NCBI GenBank assembly: GCA_951406725.2
Contig: OX597815.1
Span: 57,412,001-57,476,000 of the forward strand
Source: Octopus vulgaris
Lineage: Eukaryota
Length of the DNA: 64,000 nt
Direction of reading: 5' to 3'
The notes beneath the pieces were generated by a model. That model ran no database searches, was not told the DNA's origin, and was given only the letters and a program-made list of their open reading frames with translations. Positions within the stretch are counted from its first letter, which is position 1. The number at the start of each line of letters is the position of its first letter. Shown here in pieces: positions 40,766 to 53,715 of this stretch. The position numbers and the translations under genes were made by a program.

Positions 40766-42328
40766 AATGATAGCAACAACAACAGTTTTATGAGTAATTT
40801 TGGACTACAAACAGTGGAACTTATTCACACATATATGTAAAAATTCAATAACTTTGTTTGACATCTCAACTAGTGAGGCTTAAGAAGAAAATAAAAACAA
40901 AAGAAATAATTTATGTATACAAATATTTTAAAAGTTTATTCAATGTCATATATTTTTCAATTTTTGAAACAATGTTAAAAGTAATATTTTCACAGTCAGA
41001 AGGATCCATATGGATGTTTTTTTATTGGTTTTGGTGAGAATATTCCAAATATATCTCTAGTTTTCTGTAGAGTAAAGTGAATGAGAGCTAATTATGCCTC
41101 AGGAGAGGAAGCTAATCTTTTGTTGGTAGCTTTCCTCCCATTAACAATTATAGTTGGTATTGTAAACCAAATAAATATTTATTATCTCCCATGATACAGC
41201 TGCTGTCTACTACAACAGTGAATTACAAATACTTGTGTAGCTATACAGAGCTAAGCAGACATTGCTAGTGAACTTCTTAGCTATGGAAGCAAAACAGTAC
41301 TACATAAAGCAAAACCTAATCTTTTGGTTGCCTCATCACAGCCATTTTTTGGTATTTTTAGTTAACCGAAAATCCCTTTTGTTGCCATATTTGTATTAAA
41401 AAAAACATTACTTTTGTTTCAAATAATATGTAACATAATGAAGAATACAGTTTAAATTACTTTGTTAAGTTGGTGTCTCAAACAAATTGAGAAAATTTTA
41501 ATGGCCAATTTTAATTTAGATCACTTTAAAATAAAGTTTGTGCCAGAACCAGGGGCAGTTTCACTTGGGTCAGTATTAAAAGGGTTAATATGTAAGGCAA
41601 ACTTGAATTTATTAAAAAAATATTCATCTACCACTGAATATGCATTTAGCTCTTCCAAGGAAATGTTTAACTTTCCAAATCACATAGATCTGATCAACTG
41701 TTAATTATTCTAATCATTATATCCTTGCTAGAGTAGCGCAACTAAACAAAGCAGCATATAAACACAAGATATGTCATATATTCATTGTCTTCAGATATAA
41801 CATACAACTGCATATTACATGATATCTTTTTAATTACATGCTTGTGTGTGTGTGTGTACATGTGTATGTAAGCATGTATGTATGGGTGTGAGCATGTTAG
41901 TGTGGTTAAGTAGTACCTTGGGCAAGTGTCTTCCACTATATCTCTAGGTTGACCAAAAACTTTTGAATGAATCTATGAGATGCACACACACACACATATC
42001 TGTGTGTCATGAGTGTATGTGTTTCTTAAATGTAGCACATAAATTATAAACTAAAAGTCATCATCATTTGCAATCTTCCATGAAAAAATGTCCGACCATG
42101 TTGTTCATGTTGGAAGGACTAGGTGATATACTATCTTAGTGGAAATGAGGCAGAATTGTCGGCAGGAAAAGTATCTGCCTCAGAGAAATTCATTAGGTCT
42201 GTGAATGTATGAGAAAGTGGACATCAAAATTACTATGATACTCACACTTACATACATGCATATACACATGTTTATGTATGCATATATATCTATATATATG
42301 CATATCTATCTGTCTATCTATCTATCTA

Positions 42329-42366
<38 letters not shown>

Positions 42367-42462
42367 ATCCAAACATGAAAACACAAAGAGAAAACACAAC
42401 AACGCGAGGATGTGGAACAAGTATAGTGTTATTGGACGCTCAGGAAAGAAAAGAAAGGAGGA

Positions 42463-42495
42463 TTTAACGTTTCGAGTGGAGCTCTTCGTCAGAAA
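42463..42495 (-). ncRNA. Minimal type-I hammerhead ribozyme motif in a Penelope-like terminal repeat (~42362-42538)
   Basis: Minus: TTT-CTGACGA-A-GAG-CTCCA-CTC-GAAAC-GTT-AAA; palindromic AACGTT stem III. Confidence 0.6.
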
Positions 42496-42534
42496 CATAG
42501 GAAAAGGAAAGATCCAAGGAAGGGAAGATGGAGG

Positions 42535-42572
<38 letters not shown>

Positions 42573-43677
42573 TATATGTGTGTATAGGCAAAAGAGTGGA
42601 TGTATGGTAAGAAACAATACAATAAGTACTAGGCTTACAAAGAATAAGCACTGGGGTCGATTTGTCCAACTGAAACGTAGTGCTCCAGCCAAATGACTGA
42701 AACAAATGAAGAGCATATATATATCCACATATCCGAAGCCCATCGTAATGTGGGCTGCGACTGATCATGTGGTGTTTCATGTTGGTATATCAACGGCAGT
42801 TAGCTGGAAAATACTACATAGTGAACAGGAAATCGGTCAGGTTGATGCCCCCCTCCAACAGCCTGACCGATTTCCTGTTCACCATGTGGTATTTTCCAAC
42901 TAAGTGTTGTCACTGTTATACTAATACACCGACATCAAACCACAACACCACATAACCTTCCTCAACCAACCACAGCCCACCTTACGGAAATAACAACTCC
43001 TTTCATTCAAATTCAAAATGGCTGAACACTAGCATCACACTCGAAACTCATAGTACCAACATATATATATATATATATACATACATACATACATAATATA
43101 TATAGACATATATATATATATAATAATATAAATAATATATATGTATACATATGCTTTCAGTGCGAATGGTTTTTATATGGTGCCAAGTTTACAATCCTGT
43201 AAATAATAATAATGGTATTTTTATATAAGATTAAAGCTTATGGCGATCACTATACAATGACTAAGGAAAATGGTCTAATAAGCCCCCCTCGACAGAAAAA
43301 AGAAGGCTTTTCTATCCGTCTGGGAGTCGATCCCACATTCCTTTGTTAACACGTGTGTTAGGTAACATGCTTAGTTGCGTCATATATATATATATGTATA
43401 TGTCTGTGTTTTTCTCTCCCACCATCACTTGACAACTGATGTTGGTGTTTTTACATGCCTGTAACTTAGCAGCTCAACAAAAGCGACTGATAGAATAAGT
43501 CCTGGAGTCAATTTGTTTGACTAAAGGCAGTGCTCCAGCATGGCCACAGTCAAATGACTAAAACAAAGAAAAGAATGTGTGTGTGCATATGGTGTGTTAC
43601 GAATTTATGGAAAGAAATCCCATAAAACTCAACAATTTTGTCAAAAATGGAGAAGAGGAGGTATTAAAATATATAAT

Positions 43678-44714
43678 GTGAGAATGGATGAAGATAGGTG
43701 TGTGAAAAAGTGCCACACCCTGGCAGTTGAGGGGGACCTGTGGAAGAGGTAGACCCAGGAAAACCTGGGTCGAGGTGGTGAAGCACGACCTTCAAACTCT
43801 AGGTCTCACCAAGGAAATGACCAGAGACCGAGACCTATGGAAGTATGCTGTGCGTGAGAAGACCCGGCAAGACCAGTGAAAACAATCAAAATCAAATCAT
43901 ATATCAGAAAGCAGGGGTTAAGTGACCCATCCGATCGTGTCCGCTGTCAGCCTTGTCTGGCACCCGTGCCGGTGATACGTAAAAGCACCATTCGCTCGTG
44001 GCCGTTTGCAAGCTCTGCCTGGCCCCCGTGTCGGTGGCACATAAAAGCACCATCCGTTCGTGTTCGTTGCCAGCCTCGCCTGGCCCCGTGCTGGTGACAA
44101 GTAAAAGCACCGTCCGTTTGTGGCCATTTGCCAGCTCTGTCTGGCCCCGTGTTGGTGGCACGTAAAAGCACCATCCGTTCGTGTCCGGTGCCAGCCTCGG
44201 CTGGCCCCCGTGCCGGTGACACGTAAAAGCACCGTCCGTTGGTGCCGGTGACACGTAAAAGCACCGTCCGTTCGTGCCGGTGATACGTAAAAGCACCGTC
44301 CGTTCGTGGCCGTTTGCCAGCTCTGTCTGGCAACCGTGTCGGTGGCACGTAAAAGCACCATCCGTTCGCGTCCGTTGCCAGCCTTGGCTGGCCCCCGTGC
44401 CGGTGACACGTAAAAGCACCGTCCGTTCGTGGCCGTTTGCCAGCATCGCCTGGCCCCGTGCCGGTGACACGTAAAAGCACCATCTGTTCGTGGTCGTTCG
44501 CCAGCTCTGTCTGGCACCTGTGCAGGTGGCACGTAAAAAACACCCACTACACTCGCGGAGTGGTTGGCGTTAGGAAGGGCATCCAGCCATAGAAACACTG
44601 CCAGATCTGACTGGGCCTGACGAAGCCTTCCAGCTTCACAGACCCCAGTTGACCCGTCCAACCCATGCTAGCATGGAAAGCGGACGCTAAATGATGATGA
44701 TGATGATGATGATG
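43678..44714 (+). mobile_element. 5'-truncated RTE LINE with expanded 3' UTR array (~11 units)
   Basis: RT end colinear with 24933-25137, then tandem units and (ATG)n. Confidence 0.88.
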
Positions 44715-45050
44715 AAGGGAATTTTAATACATGTGCATATAAATATATATATACATATATGCAATATATATATATATATATATATAATATACATTCATAT
44801 ATATATATGCATATATATACATATATGCATATATATATACAATATATATATATGCACATTTATTTGTATATATGTGTGCGCGTGTGTGTACATATGGTGT
44901 GTTGTGGATTTATGGAAAGAAATCACATAAAACTCAACAATTTTGTTACAAATGGAGAAGAGATAATGTTAAAATATGTAAGAAAATGTTAATATATGTG
45001 CATATATATACATTATATATATATATATATATATAGTTATATATATATAT

Positions 45051-45846
45051 ACAAGCAGTATTGCCCGGCTCTTGCGTTCTATGCACGCGTGAATTAAGCT
45101 AAACTTGGATGAAGTTCAATCAAAATTCAATTATTTTGGTTTTAAAATCAAGCATTTAATGCCCTCTATTTTTGCACTTATGTCTTCCATTTCTTCAATA
45201 GGAAGTACGTAGAAGCGTTTCATAAATTTTTGTTGATCAAATAATTGCATTGTTGAATTATTCTTTTAGATCAGTATTTCTCAACGGGGATTTCAGGGGA
45301 GAGTTTCAGGGAGTCGCTGGCGATGTATCGTGATGATCAAAAATCCGGTCTGCTAAAATTTGGTTAAAGTGATTCAAACTGCAGACTCAATGGAAAATGA
45401 TTACATTTAATTCAAAGCGTTAAAAATGTTATGAAAACAATTGGTATGTGTTCACAAAGTCCAAACGATCAATACGAAAAAACCCTCCATGCTACATCCC
45501 GAAAATTCATTTCTTTGCTGAATTTCTACAATGTTTACAGCGATTCGTTTTTATATCTTGAATTTTTATTTTTCATGCAATTTATGCATGTTTGCATGCG
45601 TGGTGAACACAGTTCATGTCAAACAGGTGACTGAGTAAAGTTCACTATTCAATGCATGGGATAAGGCCTAAACAAACACATTATTGATTTTTACACTTGC
45701 GAGATGAATTTTGGAACAGAAATAGCGCAGTTCAATTTTCATTCGCCTAAACTTTAAGTGACCCATTTTTGGTGGTTCTATGATTTGTTGGCTAGGAGGA
45801 GATGTGCCAGGAAGTTAAACACACAAGTTGAGTTTTATATATATAG
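45051..45846 (-). mobile_element. Non-autonomous Helitron (second family)
   Basis: Minus 5' TCTATATATATAAAACTC at 45846; minus 3' gccgggcaatactgcttgt (decayed CTAG) at 45051. Confidence 0.5.
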
Positions 45847-45855
45847 ATATATATA

Positions 45856-47828
45856 CTAGCAGAGATACCCGGCGTTGCCCGTTTTACATGCAATTGAAGA
45901 ATTAGACTTTTCTGTTATATTTTCTGCAATGAACTGGAATATCTATGTTTCAAATTTCATCAAAATTGCAAATGAGGGTTATTTCCCTCTTTACACACCC
46001 CAAAAAAATTGTAATCGTGCCACATGTATCCCATACTACTGTATTTTATGCGCATATTCCAAAATTCCAGTTTTATTGAACCTGTTAAAAGGATTTTGCA
46101 CCTGAAAAATGAAGGTCATGGAGCTCTAAAATGTGAGAGTTAAGGCCCCTGTTGCAGGTGGGCATCTTAATGTCAAGCAGAGAAGTTGAATTGTTGAGAA
46201 TCTTTTTTAACTTGGGTCTTATATCTATTGTACAGGAAACCAAAAGACGAATGATCACAATAAGCAGTCAGCTACCCTACCCTAGTCGTTACCACTCCCA
46301 ATGTAGGATTCCTCACCATCCAGGTGATGGGCACAGCCGTAAGATGCATTATGAATCTATAGCAATTGGAAGGGTGTGACCCAACTGAAATAAACATTAA
46401 CTGTGTGACGTGAGGGCTAAGGAGAAATGAAAGTGTCACCTCTGGAGTTTGCAAATGACCACTATACTGATACGTAAGTGGACAGAATAAATTTACAATC
46501 TATAAATGTCTTTGAATAACCAGTCACTTATCTGGGGAGGCCTTGAAATCAATGTTACCATCTGGGGACTATGTGTGACCCAGTGATAATAAAAAAGACT
46601 GAAAGGAGGTCTGCAATCAAATAACTTTACTCAACATTTTGCAATTGAATCAGTGGAGGCAAAGATGCCTCTCATTTACTTGACAATATATGCAGCACAT
46701 TGCAGAAATCACAATGTAAGTGTATGTCAAAGCAAACTGTTACACTGTTGTACCATTGAATTACAAATATTGCTCATCTTTTACGCTCGGGTAACCCTAC
46801 AGCTTCCAAGAGTACAACTGTATTCGTATTTGCTTAGATAAAATAATAAAATTGTGGGTGTTAAGTCCCCATGGAGGCGTCTTTCTAACTTATAAGATGA
46901 AATTTTATAAATATTACTTCATTTCTGTCTAATATCTGTGGTTAAAATTTCATAAATAGCAAAAGTATATGAATTGTCATTGGGGTTATGGCCCTTATGC
47001 ATAGAATATAATTTCCAAATTTCATAAAGATCCATTCAGTACTTTTGACCTAGTTTTGGATCATAAAAGAAATGACTAAAATTTGGGAGTTAAGGCCACC
47101 ATTAGGGTGTTATATATATATATATATATATATATATAGATAGATAGATAGACATGGATATAGATACATACACACACACATACAAAGATAAATTGATAGA
47201 TACAACTGAGTGGGCAAACAAAAATGAGACACAGCGTAGTGCTTTTTTTATTTTCATAAGCCTGGTACTTATTCTATCAGTTTCTTCTTGTGAAACCAGT
47301 AAGTTATGGGGATGTAAATAAACGAACACCAGTTGTGAAGCAGTGATGAGGGAGAAACACAAAGACACACACATAGACTTACATATATACATACAATTGA
47401 TTTCTTTCAGTTTCTGTCTACAAAATCTACTGACAAGGCTTTGGTTGATCTGAGGCTATAGCAGAAGAGACATGCCAAGTTACCACAAAGTGGGACTGCA
47501 CTGAGGACCATGTGTTTTGGAACCAATTTTGTTGCCACACCTGCACCTATGTATGTGTGTGGGGGTGGGGGTGTATGTCTGTATAAATATCTATACATAT
47601 ACATATACATCTATATATATATACATGCATATATATATATATATATACACACATCCATATACATATATGTATATATATATATATATATATATACATCTAT
47701 ATACATACATCTATATGTATACATCTATATGTATACATCTATATATATACACATATATATATATATACATCTATATGTATACATCTATATGTATACATCT
47801 ATATATATATATACATCTATATATATAT

Positions 47829-47865
<37 letters not shown>

Positions 47866-48285
47866 CATGCAAATTTAGATTTAAAATAATAAGGGTGAAA
47901 AATTGAATATTAATTTGATTAATATCAATTTAAAAGTAGTGGTGTAGCATATAAGACGATAGCGGATCTTCTTCTAGCAGAATGGATGTCCAGTTACAGT
48001 TCATCCCTGTTATATAATAGTTTCAGTATTAAAGTAAAAGTATCTGACATTACAATAGAGAGATGTTTTTCTTTCACTTTTGACACGTAATACTGAAATA
48101 GTAGAGAAGATAGATATTGCTGTGGGATCGCCCTAGGGAAGAAGTTAAAAATTTTTGTGCCCATGACTCTCCATGGACCCTAAGTAAGGCATGTGTAAAA
48201 TTTGAATGAAATTGGCTGTGTAGTTCTCGAGTTTTAGGGATTCACACAGACAGACAGACATTCTCAGTTTTGTGTATATATATAT
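45856..48285 (-). mobile_element. Non-autonomous composite Helitron (copy B)
   Basis: Minus 3' end cgggcaacgccgggtatctctgCTAG|T (hairpin plus CTAG); homologous to copy A, including the captured SINE. Confidence 0.72.
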
Positions 48286-48291
48286 ATATAA

Positions 48292-48332
<41 letters not shown>

Positions 48333-48334
<2 letters not shown>

Positions 48335-48560
48335 TCATCATCATCATTTAACGTCTGTTTTACATGCTAGCATGGGTTGGGTGGTTTGACTGGGGATTGG
48401 CAAGCCAGGAGGCTGCACCAGGCTCCAATCTGATTTGGCAGTGTTTCTACAGCTGAATCCCATTCCTAGTGCCAACTACTCTGAGTGTGTAGTGGGTGCT
48501 TTTTAAATGCCACCAGCACAGGAGCCAGTCAGGCAGCACTGGCATCAGCCAAGTTTGGTT
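48333..48560 (-). mobile_element. RTE-tail-type SINE/LINE 3' fragment
   Basis: (cat)n tail plus catgctagcatgggttgg module; short related copies at 48724-48790 (+) and 60101-60250 (-). Confidence 0.7.
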
Positions 48561-48757
48561 TTATACTTTTTGAAATCTAGTTATAAGTATATATAATAAA
48601 ATTTTTTTTAAAATTATATATATATAATATTTGTTATTTATGTATTGGTTTATGTCTATCACTGTTCGAGTTGCATAATAGTAGTTTTATCTCTAATTCA
48701 TATTTGATATATATATATATATGCAACCCATGCTAGCATGGAAAGCGGACGTTAAAC

Positions 48758-48790
<33 letters not shown>

Positions 48791-49111
48791 AGAATATATA
48801 AATAATACATAGAATTCAGGATAAAATCACATTAATGATTATATCAAGTGGCCAGCAGCAAACCTTGTAGGTAATTTTATATACTAAATTAATAATTATA
48901 TTAAAGGGATCAGGAGAAAGCTTTCTTGTACATGCTGAATGTAAATATCAAAGGCTCTAAAAAGCCATTGTATAACTCCTATAAAACCAGTGTTTTGTAG
49001 TAGTCATATAGAGGTCTTTTAGTGCCTTTGGCGTCTCTTTCAGCATGTAGGAGAAGATTTTTTTCCTTGCTCTCTTTAATATAATTATATATATAACATA
49101 TATATGAATGT

Positions 49112-49164
<53 letters not shown>

Positions 49165-49592
49165 TAAATACATATATATATATGTATACATAATCAAGGT
49201 GCAGAAAGTGCATACTCCGAATGAACAAGGTAATGTAATCCGATTGTAGAAAGAATTCTGCACATTAGGTACATACATATATACAGATTTATATATATAT
49301 ATATCATCATATAATATCTGTTGTCCATGCTGGCATAAGTTGGATGGTCTGACCAGGGCTGGCAAGCTCAAAGAATGCATCAGATTCCATATATATATAT
49401 AGATATATCTTTTAAATTCTTTTATGGTAATGTTAAGGATATGCAAATAAGGCTCCTATTTCATTATGTTGGCTAGTGTTTGATGATACTAATGGGTCAG
49501 TTTTTCAGGGTTGCTGCATGGTTATACTGATATAATGTAGAATAAATATAATAATAACAATAATTCTAGGATGGAATTTATGAATATCTAAT

Positions 49593-49729
49593 GCATCGTT
49601 ACGCGCGTTTCCACAAATGATACGACTTTAATATCAAAGTCTGTATCCTTGGGATGATTACAGTATAGATTGTAGTATCTGTGGGCATCCAGTTGATCAT
49701 CATCATTGATTCATTTCATCAGGCAATAC
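49593..49729 (-). ncRNA. Hammerhead-like motif with greatly extended stem II, inside a Penelope-like inverted repeat
   Basis: Minus: GTATTGC-CTGATGA-(~105 nt)-GAAAC-GCGC-GTA-ACGATGC. Confidence 0.5.
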
Positions 49730-50444
49730 TAAATATGTTGCATATGCCTTGAAGAAATCCTGGAAATAATCACACCCAGGGAAAATGTGATAGACAGTGA
49801 GATGATCATATCATGTAAACATAAGAACAAGATATTATCATGGAATTTGAAAAAATATTTTGAAACAAAGTAACAAATTATAGAACAGATAAGGAACCTA
49901 AACAAATAAATGAACATACCAATGTTTAAGATGATGCACACTATAACAACAGAAACAGTGAAAAAGTCACCATAAGAGGGTAGTATTAATCAATTCAGTC
50001 AACAAACCCCATTGTGCAGCAGCTGTTGGGTTCAGAATTTACTGAGGAAAGTCACATCTTCAATGAAATAGTACAAAGAAATGTACTACTATTTGCTGAA
50101 TGAATGACTATCCTTAAAATCTGCAGAATGAATAGAAAATAAATCCAACACCACAACACCCACACCTCCATCTCCATATTACTACCATTCCTTCCTCTAC
50201 ACCCATCATCAACCTCCCCCTACCAAGTACACACAGAGATTGGCCTTCATACTGGCAAGAAGGGATAAACATCCCACTCTGATTCATTTCATGAGGCGAT
50301 ACTATATGAATCTCTGATTCATGTAGTATCGCCTCATGATACTGTAATCATCCCAAGGATACAGACTTTGATGTTAAAGTCATGTGATTTGTGGAATTCC
50401 TAGAATTATTGTTACTATATATATATAATATATATATTATATAT

Positions 50445-51222
50445 GTGCAGGAATGGCTGTGTGGTAAGTGGCTTGTTTACCAACCACATGGTTCCGGGTT
50501 CAGTCCCACTGCGTGGCATCTTGGGCAAGTGTCTTCTGCTATAGCCCCGGGCCGACCAATGCCCGTGAGTGGATTTTGGCAGATGGAAACTGAAAGAAGC
50601 CTGTCGTATATATGTATATATATATATGTATGTGTATATGTTTGTGTCTGTGTTTGTCCCCCTAGCATTGCTTGACAACCGATGCTGGTGTGTTTACGTC
50701 CCCGTCACTTAGCGGTTCGGCAAGAGACCGATACTGGGCTTACAAAGAATAAGTCCCGGGGTCGATTTGCTCGACTAAAGGCGGTGCTCCAGCATGGCCG
50801 CAGTCAAATGACTGAAACAAGTAAAAGAGTAATAGGAGTGGCTGTGTGGTAAGTAGCTTGCTAACCAACCACATGGTTCCGGGTTCAGTCCCACTGCGTG
50901 GCATCTTGGGCAAGTGTCTTCTGCTATAGCCCCGGGCCAACCAATGCCTTGTGAGTGGATTTGGCAGACAGAAACTGAAAGAAGCCTGTCGTATATATGT
51001 ATGTGTGTGTTTGTGTATCTATGTTTGTCCCCCTAGCATTGCTTGACAACCGATGCTGGTGTGTTTACGTCCCCGTCACTTAGTGGTTCGGCAAAAAGAG
51101 ACCGATAGAATAAGTACTGGGCTTACAAAGAATAAGTCCCGGGGTCAATTTACTCGACTAAAGGCGGTGCTCCAGCATGGCCTCAGTCAAATGACTGAAA
51201 CAAGTAAAAGAGTAAAGAGTAA
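50445..51222 (+). mobile_element. Two head-to-tail full-length tRNA-SINE copies (50445-50830, 50833-51222)
   Basis: Near-identical units sharing variants (ggcatcttggg, gtcactt, agtcccgggg). Confidence 0.88.
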
Positions 51223-52935
51223 AAGTACATATATATATATATATGTATGTATATATATATATATATATATATTTATTTAGAGCTGCATATTACTCTACCT
51301 TTGGTATTTGAGTACTATTTTTTCCACCTTGTTTTGCATTTATGCACTTACTTGTGTGTGTATCAAAATCATCATGATCATCATTTAAACATCCACGTAT
51401 CCTTGCTTGCATGAGTTAGACAGTTTATTGAGGCAGAATTTTTACAATCAGATGTCTTTCCTATCGCAAACCTTTACCTGTTTCCAAGTAAGGTAATATT
51501 TCCCCACAGCCAAACGTGTTTCCATAGAATACTGGAAATGGATGACACTGTTTCTATGACAGTGACACTTGTTTACAACTACAATATGATGTCTAGACAA
51601 GAACACAAACATATACACACTCACACATCTCAAGCTATAGATACATATATGATGGGATGCTTTCATTTTCTGTCAATCAAATCCACCCACAAAGCTGTGG
51701 TTGGCCTGGGGCTACAGTAGAAGACACTTGCCCAAGATGTCATTGCAGTGCGAGTGAACCCGAAACCATGTGGTTGGGAAGCATAGAGCCACATACACAT
51801 ACAAATGCACACCCCTATATGCATATACATATAAAAACAAAACAAAATAATGAGTATTACAATTACAGCTGAGTATTCTAAGCCAGAATTACCAGGACAC
51901 ACTGACAGATACAGCCCATACAACCAAATTTTATTCACATGACTTGGGCCAACCCAAGCATATGGTAAAAGTGGCAGAGCACTGAGATTAAACCCAGGAC
52001 GTAGTGATAGAGAAGCAAAGTTCTTACCCATTTGGCCACCCACACACATCTGTGTAACTTTCATTACAACACTAATGGATCTTAATAAATCTAAATGGAA
52101 ACAGTAACAGACAGCTAAGTTGGCCGTGTTAAGGTGTTGGACAATTAGCAATTCATATATCAGCAGCATTGCATTGCATATATATAATATTTCTTTATAT
52201 ATAACCATAGCTCGGTCCACTTCGCTGTAAACTGTATACCACAGGTAATTATAACTCCTGGCTTAAAGCAACAGAAATGCTGTATAAGTGCTTCTAATTT
52301 AGGCATAAGGCCAGCAATTTTAGGGTAAAAGAGTTAAGTCAGTTATATCAACCCCTGGTACTTCACTGGTACTTATTTCCTGGATAGATGAAAGACAAAG
52401 TTGACCTCTGTGACCCTAAGTTGACCCAGGACATAAAGAACCAGAAGAAATACCACAAGGCATTTTGTTCCATGATTCTGCTAAATGACAGCCAATGGCA
52501 TGCTGTGAAATATTTCCTTAGTATGTAGTGCAGAGTTCAAATCAGAGCAAAAGTATAACCTATAGAACACAGGTTTCTTAAGTGGGTATCAGTGCTTTTT
52601 AAGTGGGGAGTGGGGTTAATGAAGGTGTTGCTGGGTCGTTACGGTTGTTGAATTTATTGTTATAAATAGCAATAGCATTGTCAGATACACCCTCCTGGGT
52701 AATGTCATAGGGTTGAAGGTGAGACGGGTGACAGGGGGTTACAATGGATGAGATTTATGTTTCAGAATTCCTTGTGCAAAGGACTGGGTTCTGTTAATGT
52801 TACCTCGCTTAAATACATCACATGGAAATGAAGCTTTTAGTGATGTATAAATGACTCAACATCACAATCTTAGTTGCTTTGCCTTGTATAGGATCTAGAA
52901 ACTGAGTCTTAAAGGAAGTGTCATGTATTTTTCAG

Positions 52936-53715
52936 TTAGTTTGATTTCATTTTGTTTTCTAAGGTAGGATTTATAATTACGAGTTCAGAACCTTCGATTT
53001 TGACCTCTTCGTAAAGCCAGGGTCGTTCACAGCGACATTCCGTACCGCATTTCTCCGAGCCACATTTCAGGCAAGGGAAGTGACAGCCGGGACAATCCAT
53101 ATCCAAACAGTCACACATATCTATACCCGTAGATATCAAACATCCGGACTCATCGTACATTTGCCACTCATTGCACTTCTTCCGCTTCCTTTTCTTTTTT
53201 TTAGTCGCTTTGAAGCGAGCAGAGGATTTCATGGTGGGAATAGCTTTAGTTCTTGTCACAGCTTTAGAAGACGTTGTCACTGAACGACCATTTCTCCCAC
53301 CCGATCTAGTAGTTACCGCCAGAGCGTTCTCGTTTTTCATAGTTTCATTTGCCCTCGTTACCGAACTACCATCAGTACTGTTCTTATCGAGGGTTTTCTC
53401 GTCAGAAGAACAAGTTTTATTGTTTATCGAAGGAGGTCGTCGTTTTTTCCGGTCATATTTTTCTGTTAGATTAACATCCTTCACATCTGTCGTCTTGAAC
53501 CCTTCATTTACCTCTTTCTTCCCGCCATCAACACCTTCATTTATGTTGGTGTCTTGTCGATACTGGCGCCGTGAAGCCCTAGTAACCATCATTTTCCTTC
53601 GGGAATTATCACCTCCCCCATCACCACTTTCATCATCATCATCATCACCACCAGACTCACTTTGTAATTCTTTGCCGTCTTTTTTTTCCGAACTCGTATC
53701 TGCCGCTTTCATCAT
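52936..53715 (-). CDS. ARL14EP: ARL14 effector protein-like (C11orf46/ARF7EP), 259 aa, single coding exon
   Basis: C-terminal YDESG...DMCDCLDMDCPGCHFPCLKCGSEKCGTECRCERPWLYEEVKIEG is the Cys-rich ARF7EP_C domain. In-frame TAATAA lies just upstream of the ATG, and a splice acceptor ttcttttctacag lies 24 nt upstream. Confidence 0.9.
   Translation of the reverse strand: MMKAADTSSEKKDGKELQSESGGDDDDDESGDGGGDNSRRKMMVTRASRRQYRQDTNINEGVDGGKKEVNEGFKTTDVKDVNLTEKYDRKKRRPPSINNKTCSSDEKTLDKNSTDGSSVTRANETMKNENALAVTTRSGGRNGRSVTTSSKAVTRTKAIPTMKSSARFKATKKKKRKRKKCNEWQMYDESGCLISTGIDMCDCLDMDCPGCHFPCLKCGSEKCGTECRCERPWLYEEVKIEGSELVIINPTLENKMKSN

Noticed and set aside
43920-44560. CRISPR-like array (palindromic repeat with intervening sequence)
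   Set aside because: The intervening segments are homologous to each other, there are no cas genes, the context is eukaryotic, and the array is a LINE 3' UTR.
47510-47906. Tyr/Ile/His-rich ORFs (also 26054-26536, 44668-44992, 61119-61438)
   Set aside because: Translations of TA/CA microsatellites.
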